Positions 39,901-49,578 of a DNA stretch of 64,000 bases are shown here, piece after piece. The stretch is taken from assembly GCA_964035545.1 (NCBI GenBank), contig OZ037767.1, positions 23,266,628 through 23,330,627 of the forward strand, in the 5' to 3' direction. The stretch is from Bugula neritina. Its lineage: Eukaryota > Animalia > Bryozoa. A model generated the notes under the pieces. That model was given only the letters and a program-made list of their open reading frames with translations, was not told where the DNA came from and did no database searches. Each line of letters begins with the position of its first letter. Position 1 is the stretch's first letter. The translations under genes were made by a program, and so were the position numbers.

Positions 39901-42900
39901 CAATAAGAAAACCCACCAGTAGAATGTATAAGAAAAATACTGCCTCACAATGGATATGATCATAGCAACACCAACTGTTTTGTGTCATGCATTCTACACA
40001 TCTAGTTACACATGAAGGTTTTATAACAAATACATAACTACTGTAATAATTGAGCTAAGAATTTGAAGGAGAGGCATAACAGATACAGAATGTAGAGTAG
40101 AATGGTGAACACTGAGTAGTAGAAGTAAATAACACAGAGCATAGTAGTGAAGTAACAGGAAGGATTATATACTAGTAGTTTAGCAGTGAATACTTACATT
40201 GCACTTGTCTGTCAAATATCTTACAGCTTTACTCACATTACTCAAATAATGTACACGCATCTTCCCTTTCTCAGGTGCCTACATCACATAAAGTAATAAG
40301 AAAGAAAAGCAAACAAGTTATGTAAAAATCATAGCAGAGAGAAGAACAAATCAAAAATGTGTTGCAGTCTGCATAGTAAAACATAAGACTGCATGTAACA
40401 CCAGCACACATCAGAATCCATGTCTAACATTCACACAATAAACTCAGTAGACCCTTTTCAGAGGTTCCCAATGGCCCCCTTACAATTAAGAGTTGTGTTC
40501 TCCCAAAGCGAAAACTGTTGAAACTTGAGGGCATTTTTGTGGTTTTGGTTACTGAGCAATGCTGAAGTGCTACTTCAGCATTGCTCAGTAACCAAAACCA
40601 CAAAAATGCTTTCAAAATTATTTTTTTCAAAATTTCTCATGAAGAAATTTCTTTTATTTCTTTTTGAACTGCTAATATGTGTGCTTATACCAAAATATCT
40701 ATCTTTTAATTGAATAATTCTATAGCATAATTAGAATTTTAAGTAGCAGCCAAACTTTAAATTTTTAATGAATTTGCTCTTTATACAAAAGTTCAACCTA
40801 TTCACTTTGGGAGGACACAACTTTTAATTGTAAAGGGATATCAGGGACCTCTGAAACGGGTCTATTGTTTATAAATTATACAGACCAGTGGTGATCCACT
40901 TAGAACCTCCAGCAATGCCAATAGACTTTTACCATCACAGAAGTCACCAAACAAGTCTACCACTTCAGACTTGCCAGCCTGTAGTAGAAACATGAGACAC
41001 AACTTGAGGCACAAGTTGAGATACAACTTGACACACAACTTGACACAAAACTTGAGGCACAAGTTGAGATACAACTTGACACACAACTTGACACACAACT
41101 TGAAACACAAACACACATACACTTTTGAAACAAAAGTCCAGCTCTTGAATGTGACTACGTATTCTTGTAACAAAACACATTGCTTTTAATGCAAGGTTTA
41201 TTAAAAATAGGCATGCATAAGCTATTACTATGGTGGTTGTAATAGAAAACCCCAACTATAAGCAACCAATGGATAAATTAAATGCAGAATAAAAAGAATA
41301 CAGTAATCAGGGTATAAATTATTTATATTATTTTAAAGAATTTAATATAATAACTGAATAGCAGAGTTCGACCAGAGCTGGCACAAGATACTATTGGCTG
41401 GTTAAATAATGCAATATATTGCTAACATAAAATAGGATAGAAGTAGTGGTATCATATTATAAGCTCATGGTTGGAATTCACAAACTATACGGCTCATTTC
41501 AATGCTGGCATTGTACAAGTTAATATACATTTTTCCCAAAACTAACACTGAGAATAAAATCTACTTGGTTGTTTCATATGCTGTACATGTATGATGGTGT
41601 CTATATTCAAAACTCAAACAGCATTCCAAGAGAAAGTGACCACAACTCTACGGGGAATGTATATACTTGGTACATGTCACTACTTGACACTACAGAAGGG
41701 GCAGCTGCACATGGAGATGCCTGTATCTGCGTATGGTACACTGCAGTTTACAGAAGAATCATTACCTACCTTTGACAAATGAGAGTTTATCCATTTAGTA
41801 AAAGTTTTCTTCTGCATATCTTGCATTTCTTCTACAAAACAAACAATGACATGCCTGTAACACATAGAAAAACAAGCAAAACTAGGTTAATGACTGCAAC
41901 TACAGTTGATCACAGAACTGGGAACATTCTTCAGTCTCTGTAATAAAATAAGAATCATGGCAGTAATAGTCAAACTGAGATAGCTACGACTAGAAGAGGG
42001 GAGATCTAGTGTTTAGGAGAGAGTAGAATGCCTAGAAGTCAGAAGAGGGGGTAATGTTTAGGGAAGGAGGTAGTCTTTAGGAGAAGGGGTGATGTCTAGG
42101 CAAAATGGGAAATGAGTAAATACGTTCAGAAATAAACCACAACTTGAATATATACATGGGTTCAGGGCTATAATGTTATAATGTTTGTTGCATTTATTGG
42201 AAGATAACTCCCAACTAGACCAATTAAACTCATAAGTTGTGTTGCTTTCCCTGTACTAACAGTGGTCTAGACAGAAAATGGCAAGGAGTGGATACAGATA
42301 ATCACTACACATGAACAAGTAGCTCCTTCATACCCCCTCCCGCCAAAATGTTTACAATAGAATGCGCATCACTATTGGCAGCAATTTACTTTCAACTTGA
42401 TAGTAAATACATAATGGGCTCAACTGATCAACCCTTTTGACATACGAAATGGTAGAAATTTATTGCTGAATGAAACCTAATATTCTGGAATGTATTTGCA
42501 GTATTATTCATAGGTAAATGCTTGATTTCTTTCACTAACACTAAATTGAGTTAAAACAAGGAGTGAAAAAGAATGTAACCATTGTCACAGCAGCAAGCTA
42601 GTTTCTTCATGCAGATTCAACTGCAGACAAAAGAATCCACTTAATAAACTCGCAGTAAATAGTATGTGCATAGAGTGGGTTATTATTATGATTAATAAAC
42701 ACTACATCTATTTGACAAGCTATTTTGAGATAAGATAAAATTTTTCTATCCATATACATAGTTGAAATACGTTACTACTAGTTTGTTACTGTCCAAAAAT
42801 TCTACTAGTATACAGAACTAAATGAATTACTACAGTATTGACATAAAACAGATCACATGCATCATTAGAGTCATGAGGTGAGAAGGTGACACTGCAACTA

Positions 42901-43370
42901 CTTATGTTTGTAATAAAAGCTACTGTATTAGATAACTGACTACTTGTGTTATACAACGCCCAGCTGATGTAGGACGGGAGAATCGGTAGAGGGTTTCATA
43001 CCAGTTAGACGCCTTCCAAACCCCACCTCAAATACATATATTGTACCAAAATAAATAAATAGCTCCATGCTAGAAGCGTCCAAGTGGGAAATTTAGCCTA
43101 GCGTTTAACTAGGAAGCGTCTATCTAGAATGACACCCAGTAGAGTTGTATACAGGTGGAGAACTTCAAAAGTAAATTTTGAGAAATGTTAATTGCAGAGA
43201 AATAATATCTACATACAGCTTACAAGCTGCTAAACTGTTGAAAATACTGCTAACATAAAGCATTTAGCATACACCAATACAAAACACAGCACCAACTGAT
43301 GAAACTTACCAGAGCCAAATTGAATACGCTCATGAAAAGCCTCAGTGGTAAAGCTGGAGTTGTCAGCCAT
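1026..43370 (-). CDS. DMD: Dystrophin/utrophin-family protein, N-terminal ~2,580 aa (CH1-CH2 actin-binding domain + spectrin-repeat rod); 3' end continues beyond window start
   Basis: Manually spliced exons, 5'->3', all phase-compatible: 43310-43370, 41770-41831, 40886-40978, 40198-40278, 39126-39218, 38659-38831, 38232-38356, 37468-37802, 36496-36714, 35949-36130, 35477-35602, 35029-35138, 33099-33337, 32416-32598, 31907-32041, 30668-30809, 30443-30552, 29040-29162, 28375-28522, 27657-27826, 27093-27314, 26111-26224, 25769-25961, 25440-25570, 24818-24958, 24088-24264, 23281-23433, 22813-22974, 22461-22589, 21825-21998, 20940-21134, 20438-20551, 20132-20314, 19914-20027, 18156-18314, 17608-17805, 14096-14233, 13263-13823, 11385-11542, 11008-11158, 10403-10578, 7168-7312, 6220-6369, 5106-5258, 4551-4770, 3349-3378 (micro-exon, less certain), 1730-1914, 1333-1467, 1026-1092. 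Diagnostic peptides: [89 protein letters not shown]. Confidence 0.95.
3494..3995. repeat. 12-bp minisatellite (ACAGACAGACAC)n, ~42 copies
   Basis: Direct tandem array with A/G variants; explains the ~200-aa low-complexity ORFs on both strands. Confidence 0.97.
4117..4495. repeat. (TATACAC)-type microsatellite followed by 28-bp minisatellite (ACTCTAAAGTAATGCACTGTACTAAAAT)n
   Basis: Two adjacent tandem arrays; the second ends ~55 bp from the donor at 4550. Confidence 0.9.
5940..6195. repeat. Minisatellite (ACACAGCATCTACAC..)n
   Basis: About 12 imperfect copies next to the donor at 6219. Confidence 0.9.
6975..7160. repeat. 14-bp minisatellite (AGTAGTGAGTAACT)n
   Basis: Tandem copies abutting the donor at 7167. 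Confidence 0.9.
12938..13154 (+). mobile_element. tRNA-derived SINE, full-length copy with 9-bp target-site duplication
   Basis: tRNA-like head with A box (TGGTCTAGGGG) and B box (GGTTCGAAAACC). The body GGTGATGTTAGGAAAAGCATCCGGTCATAATTGCTCCTGTG is shared with other copies. Flanked by TATTTTATA at 12929-12937 and 13155-13163. Confidence 0.85.
14230..15122. repeat. ~44-bp minisatellite (~20 copies) starting at a dystrophin splice acceptor
   Basis: Unit CAGTATATTACCAGAATATTATATATAGTATATTACACCAACCT; the first unit is the acceptor junction CAGTCTGTAACCAGAATATTAT. Confidence 0.95.
15615..15885. repeat. 17-bp minisatellite (ACTGTAATATTGTAACC)n
   Basis: About 15 copies; source of the repetitive ORFs 15543-15824. 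Confidence 0.92.
20708..20890 (+). mobile_element. tRNA-derived SINE copy, degraded
   Basis: GTGGTTAGAGTGCTGGCCTAGTAAACAC ... GGTGATGTTAGGAAGAGCATCTACTCATAATTGCT ... AAAAAACCCTTTCCATCAGGG matches the 12938 copy. Confidence 0.78.
21115..21590. repeat. 32-bp minisatellite (~15 copies) comprising the acceptor and first ~20 nt of dystrophin exon 20940-21134
   Basis: Unit ACTCATCATACTATAGAACTTCTACAAGTACA; TATAGAAC recurs every 32 bp from 21125 to ~21573. Confidence 0.96.
22072..22360. repeat. Pentanucleotide-based satellite (CACTA/TACTG/CATTG)n
   Basis: Low-complexity 5-bp periodicity; source of the LHYT-rich ORFs. Confidence 0.92.
27440..27583. repeat. 14-bp minisatellite (CTGACACTTACTAT)n
   Basis: About 9 copies; on the dystrophin sense strand most units contain GTAAGT. 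Confidence 0.88.
29576..30351. mobile_element. MITE / non-autonomous DNA transposon, 776 bp, CACGG termini, 3-bp TSD (AAT)
   Basis: Perfect 36-bp terminal inverted repeat CACGGGCTTTCCATGTACCGATCTCAGATCGATCTC at both ends. Sub-terminal AGATCGATCT and TTTCCATG motifs are reiterated. AAT flanks both sides (29573-29575, 30352-30354). Confidence 0.88.
30874..30951. repeat. (TA)n microsatellite
   Basis: About 39 uninterrupted TA units. Confidence 0.98.
31457..31900. repeat. 18-bp minisatellite (ACTAGTAACTCAACTCAC)n, ~24 copies
   Basis: Tandem array abutting the donor at 31906; units read ...GTGTGAGT on the sense strand. Confidence 0.95.
32200..32260. repeat. Degenerate telomere-like (TAACCC)n tract
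   Basis: CCTAACCCC...CTAACCCTTAACCCCTAACC...CCCTAACCCTAA. Confidence 0.55.
33804..33918. repeat. ~32-bp tandem repeat (TTTCCATGGTTACAAGT...) x4
   Basis: Four direct copies. Confidence 0.85.
37740..41831 (-). CDS. DMD: Dystrophin N-terminal tandem calponin-homology (CH1-CH2) actin-binding domain exons
   Basis: Exons 2-8 encode [10 protein letters not shown]...[21 protein letters not shown]...[21 protein letters not shown]...[35 protein letters not shown]...[22 protein letters not shown]...PDKKSV, the canonical alpha-actinin-type ABD motifs. Confidence 0.96.
40448..40864. mobile_element. MITE-like element with ~64-bp imperfect TIRs and a perfect internal 38-bp hairpin
   Basis: Left TAGACCCTTTTCAGAGGTTCCC...TACAATTAAGAGTTGTGTTCTCCCAAAGCGAA versus right TTCACTTTGGGAGGACACAACTTTTAATTGTAAAGGG...GGGACCTCTGAAACGGGTCTA. 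Internal inverted repeat at 40531-40568/40572-40609. Confidence 0.8.
40995..41110. repeat. 12-bp minisatellite (ACACAACTTGAG-like)n
   Basis: About 9 copies immediately upstream of the acceptor of dystrophin exon 3. Confidence 0.88.
42990..43138. mobile_element. Small degenerate inverted-repeat element (MITE relic)
   Basis: GGTTTCATACCAGTTAGACGCCTTCC versus GGAAGCGTCTATCTAGAATGACACC form imperfect ~25-bp inverted ends. Confidence 0.4.
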
Positions 43371-43406
43371 GTTTGTTTAGGAAAACTGGAATATCTAGGA
43401 TATGAA

Positions 43407-43442
43407 CTAGTCCTCCTTATTAATTGTAAGCCGGTCCAACAT
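43407..43442 (-). promoter_or_regulatory. Short upstream ORF (MLDRLTINKED*) in the dystrophin 5' UTR
   Basis: After the acceptor TTACAG (exon start 43457), an ATG at 43442 in good context (ACCATG) ends at TAG 43407-43409, upstream of the main ATG at 43370. Confidence 0.4.
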
Positions 43443-46400
43443 GGTTGCTGACACTACCTGTAATTAAACAGAGTCATAAGACTGGCTATAGCCGAACTTC
43501 ATTTGAACCAAGAATTATCCAACCCTGGTGTTATTGGTGTTGGTGTGGATATTACCATATAATACACTCTAAGTTAGATCCATGGTTTGTACTAAAAATT
43601 CCATCAATTACTTATACATAGATGGAAAGAAACAAAGCCATATTCTTATTGCTAACTTCTAGTCAACAATAAAATAAGCCTGTCATAATGTATCTCAACT
43701 GAGCCAGAAAACTTTTCAACAAGATCTATGAAAGTAATATAGTCTGGGGAACCTAAAAACGGATGTGTACATTATATTAGAATTTCTACATCATACGCTT
43801 TCTCATTTCTGAACGTTGTACATAAAAGTAATGAGAACATAGAAAGACAGATCAGTGAGAATAGTAGCATGAACAGCAGCTCCTTACTGTCTTACTATTA
43901 CTCTAAAGTCTAAGTAATAGATAGCATAAAACTGTGTCGTTGCAATAGAGAGGGTCATTTACAATCATCAAAGTGAACAGTAGCTAGTTTATTTGTGTAA
44001 TATCATTTTAATGAATGGAAAATATCCAGTATAAAGGCATGAGTAATGATCACGAATAGACAACATTAAAAGCTGCTTTTAATTAGCATACTCAAGCTAG
44101 TGCAATTAAGTTAAAGAAAACATACTGTGCAGTGTAGCGTGGAGCAATTGCAAGACTTATACAAGGATACTTAACTGCTTTCAGTTTAATTAAAATAATA
44201 AGATTAACAATAACTATACTAAAATATGTTTAAAAGCAGCATATGCAGAGCATGCAATTATTGCAGAAACAAAAACTATTTTCTTGCCTATGAAATACTA
44301 CAAGTAATAGTTCATAGATGTTTAACAAGCAATTTGGACCAACAAACTAATTTAAAAATAATAAATTATTCAGAAACCATTCATCACCATGACTACACCA
44401 TCACTATAGAGATACAATTTACATGCCAAGAATCAGCTTAAAGCCAATTGTGCAAAATGCATAACAACCAGCGCAGAGAAATGCAACATATTTGAAGCAG
44501 GTCTGAAATAAGTTAGCAGAATATCTCAACTCCAACCTAAACTAATGTTACAGCTTCCAGTTTAAGTAAATTCATGTTTTCAATTGATTAATTAATTTAG
44601 AGGAACTAAAGAAACTTTCTATAAAATGGACCAGATTGTGCTTGATTACTTCTTATTACACAACATTACATAATATTATTATATAATTGATCACCTTACA
44701 GTCTTCTTAATTAAAACATACATTTATTTAATTTTCTATCATGAGTTTTATGACATTTGCAGTTACTGTCAATCTTATGTTTGCTATAACTATGAGTAAT
44801 GAGGCAAACGTCTAGGATTTGAGCCAAAGCCTCAAGATTCTAGGGCTCTGTTTAAACACAATTGCAAATAATTACAATGTTTATTTAAAATATGAATATC
44901 CGAAGATTTTTCAACATGTCATGTTAACGATGATAGTATATTGCTGTTCAGGCATAGTGACTATGAATCTATATAAAAATTAGGTTGACTAATATATTTA
45001 ATTTTTAATAATGCTGTTAGCCATTGCAGTTACTTTTTCCAGCTGGCTAGTCATACAGAAAAAATATTCGCCATAGTCATACTACAACCATTGTGATAAT
45101 TATAATTATTAAATGATAAACTTATAAATCATAATCATTATTATAAGTATTATCATAAGATATTGTGTTATTACTTATTAGTATTATATTTAATGAGAGT
45201 CAATATTACTATTAGTATCGATATTGTTGACTACTGAGTAATAACTATAGTATAAGTATAACTATAACATTACATCGACATTAGTGATTAGTATTTACTA
45301 CTGTTACTAGTAGTAGTATTAGGCCTACGGCTACTGTTACAGCATCAGTATGAGTATGAGTATTAGTATTACCATTATTATTATAAATATTACTACTACA
45401 AGATTTAGTATTACTATTACTAATAGTAACACTAGTACTACTAATACTATTACCGTACTACTAGTAGTAGTACTATCATAGTGAGTATTACTATTAGTCT
45501 GAGTCTCAGAGTGAGAGTCAAAGTCACTGTCAGGAACAGTCAGTGTCACACTCTGGCTCACACTGACAGTGTAATTCAGACTGTCACAAGTTAACTCTAA
45601 GTCTAAAGATCAGTGACACTATTACTGAGTCTGACAGTGACTGTGAGTGCCACACTGACACTGTGACTGAGTGTGGGTTACGGTTAGTCTCAGTCTGTGC
45701 GAATGTCGTGTTTGGAAAATGATAATTGCAACAACTATAGTCTATAAGTAATAGTTGTTAGTATTGCATTTACTACTGCTATTAGTGTAATAGTAAATAA
45801 TACTAATAGTAGTAACCAGTAAGCGTTATTAATATTATTTTGGTGAAATTGTGCAAGTACAGCGATCTTGATCAGTTAGTTTTCCTAGCAGTTTTCGTCG
45901 GTTATAATGATAGTAAACAGGCCTTTTTAAGTTGACTCGCAAATTTATTTTGCAATATTGTAGTAAAGCTACTGCAATTGTAATCACACTACTGGCAGGG
46001 CTCGCAAAAGCTACTGTAGTACACATTCTTTATGAGGCTTAGAAACTCAGTCAATTTGCTTGCACGTAGAGCAGCAAAGTTCGGTTAAATGTTGTTTAAT
46101 GCCCACTGATTACCGGCGCTATAATTTAGTAATATTTGGGAGTAAAGGTTTAAAAGAAGACAACTGCTTCCATTGTACAAGGACCTTTTTCTCTTTATTT
46201 TTATAAAGTAATACATTGGTGTTTTACCAAGTGGTGACCAAATTTACTAAAAGTGAATAAAAAAACAAGAATACTGCAGTAGTTCTTGTCAAAATTATTG
46301 TGTGAACTGGATTTATTCAAGCATTGTTGAATTTTTGATAACTAGAAAATTTGTTCAAATGCTTCATGTTCACATAATTCATAACACAATGATAATATTA

Positions 46401-46532
46401 CTATCATTATTATTGCTTCTATGATTAAAGAAAGGTTGCATGGAGTTTAATATACAGTTTCATTAGTATTAAGGTAAGCAGTTGGTCATTAATCCTCACC
46501 TATCTCTGCCCTGTCCTGTTTGGGTAGCAGGT

Positions 46533-46746
46533 AAAAACTCACACAAGTTTATAGTCACTATCTCTGTGAGAAATCCCTAGTGGAAAGGGTTTTTAAGCAG
46601 GTTAAGTATTTTTGCATGTGACACAGAAAAAATTATGACTGGGTACTCTCCCTATCATCACAAGTAGCTTTTAGTGGAGATCGAATCCATCATCTCATGT
46701 TTACTAAGCCAAAGGCTTTAACCCCTATAGGCCACAGCTGCTCCCT
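46533..46746 (-). mobile_element. tRNA-derived SINE copy (same family as 12938-13154)
   Basis: The reverse complement starts AGGGAGCAGCTGTGGCCTATAGGGG and aligns by eye over its full length with the 12938 copy, including AAAAACCCTTTCCA and TTTCTCACAGAGATAGTGACTATAAACTTG. Confidence 0.8.
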
Positions 46747-48045
46747 CGCATGCAGTTAGTCATTGATGATGATTAAAAAATATGAATGTATGATCAGTTA
46801 TGCTGCTTAATACAGTTAATTGGGTTAAAACTAGTAAAGAAAAGTTTTGTATGTCAAAAAATGAAGTTATTCGATGAAGCTACTTTCACTCTGAGTACAG
46901 CATTAAATTTCTCACCATGCTTCTTTGTTAACTAAAATATTTTTCAAAAGAAAGTTTATATTTAAAGTTCAGCAAATAAGTTTATTGTTGTATAGTATAA
47001 TGTAACTGTGCTGTCCTATAGAAGTTGTTTTATATGATATGAAATTATAATATAGTACAAAAAATGTTCTGTTATATACTCTTTTGAAACATGATGCACT
47101 GAAACCATGCATATGAAAAATAGTACAAGTTCATTAAATATTAATTGTTAATTTGTTTGTTTTTAATTTTTTCCAGTAATTAAGCTTAATTCATGTAGTT
47201 TTTAATGATAATTGCTAGGTATGCTTACAAAGATTAGCTTTTTTATTTACAGGTAGTCGATATTCTACCATTGTCAACTAAACCGGAAATTTTCTTCTTC
47301 CAAAGGCTGTAACTTAGCTGTCCTCTATGTGTCTCTAATTTTGCATGCAATTGTTATGCCTATTTTTTATTTTGATGTTGGCACTAGTTTTAACTTTTAT
47401 GTCTATTATAAATATTAACACTGCCTAAAACACAAAACATCAGTGCAGGTGCTGAATTTGCCCAGCTAGTGTGTTCACTTATGTCTTACATAATATATTT
47501 GGATATGGTATTATATATGTGTTGGCTGCTTGTAATTTAATTTAGCTTATACAACCAATATAGTGCACAGAGATTACAAAATTGTATTTTAAATGAATAA
47601 TATTTTATACTAAAGTTACATAATCAACTAAAAGCTGTAGCAGTGAAATAATAAAATATTGATTGAGGCACAGTGCTTGAGAGTAGACTAAAACATAAAA
47701 GTATAATGCTGTACAAACAGCTATTTTACATCTATAATATTGCATAGCACTCATTATACTATGTTATACAATACCTTTCTAATATAATGTCAATTAAGAT
47801 CATTGCCTTGCTGTCCTTAGCTACAATCACTAGTTCAATTCATTCTGTGCAGTATATTATGACATTTATAATGCTGAATAAACACGTACTACAAATAGGC
47901 TATAGATTTTACTTTACATATCACGGTGCTGGGTGTTTATAGAAGGATTACTAAACGACTGTTAGAGCAGTACAATTAGTACCAACTATAAAGCTGCTGC
48001 TGCCTCTATCTACAATCTACTTGCTTTGTATCAATAAAGAATGTA

Positions 48046-49530
48046 ATGGCGGATTTCAACACAAAGTAGGTTGTTAAAGTTGTGAGTATTTTAAAAGGAG
48101 GTGGAGTAACAGCCTTGAGTTTGAAAAACTAAGAAAAAAATCGCTTTCACTAAAAAGGTTTTTAATGAGAACTGTCTAACATAAAGTTGCTAGAATAATT
48201 CAAAATAGCAAACAGCAGCATCGAACTTTCTATTAGAAGTGTAGCGGGTATTGCATTCTAAGTATATTTACCTAATAAAGCTACTGAAAAATTAATGAAT
48301 ATTTTGTAAATGAACTGTTATAGTTTACAGAACATAAACTGGCTTTACTTACATCTGATGAAAATAAATAAATGATTAATATTTGAATTAGTTGATAACA
48401 AAGTGATAATTATAAAAAATGTTATGTTATGAAGCTGCTATATAACTAGAGCCAATGAACTAGTAATTGAACGCATGATAAAGGTGTTTGTCTGTATCAC
48501 TAGGTGTTCATTTGCTGCCAAAATATTTCTTTCGAAAAAATTGCAGTTCAACTCTAATAGTTATTTTGAATTAAGTTTTAAAATATACATGTTAATCTTT
48601 AGGGTATGAGGAATTGTAAGAAACATCATTGTAACACATGAAATGAATAATGGTATGATATTTATCATTGCCTACTGTAGTAATATTATAGTATGTATTG
48701 TATATAATGTTGCAGATACAAAATATATCCTCACAGATATGTTTACACTAAACCTTCTAAACCTGCATTTACTCTGAGAGACCTTTACAGACAAACTAAC
48801 CAGGGTGTACTCACATCTTCAAAAGAACAAACAGCTTTAGGTGATTCTATTTACAGTTTATTTTTACATTCGGGAGCTATGTAACCTTTTTATATGTAAA
48901 ATTATATTATAGTGTTTATGTGGTAGACTTTTGAAGGAGGAATTTGTTGCTCAAGTGGAATATAGCAACTGTCTATTTCTGTCAGCTCATTTACTTAACT
49001 GCATGACATGTGAAGTAGAAGCAATTCCTTACTAACTGAATGAGACAGAGTTTAATATATATGTCAACTGGCAGTGCACAGAAATGACTTGCAGAATAAG
49101 ATCACACATTGAAATGTAGTCAATAACAATCCTAGGCCCTAGCTAGCCTGACAACTTTTAGTAACTTCTCTCACAATTTCCCAGATTTGTAATTTTGATA
49201 CATCTGTCAATGCAAGAATAATTTATTGATGGCTGCTGACTCAAATAATATCAAACCGATAAAATTGTTGAGTCCTAAACTCTTATTTACCAGATGAAGT
49301 ACGTTGTTTAGCAACAGATAGACTGTGACTAGGTGGCTAAAAGCTTGCACACAGTTAAAATGTAAATGATGCAGTAATAGAGTTACCAAAACATAAACCA
49401 CCTCAACTCCTACCACCATGACTTACCAAAGCCATCATCCATGCCATCCTCACTATTACTACCACTAACGCTAACACTATTAAGGCTATCTCTACCATCA
49501 CTGCCACCACCACTACTACTACCACTACTA

Positions 49531-49578
<48 letters not shown>

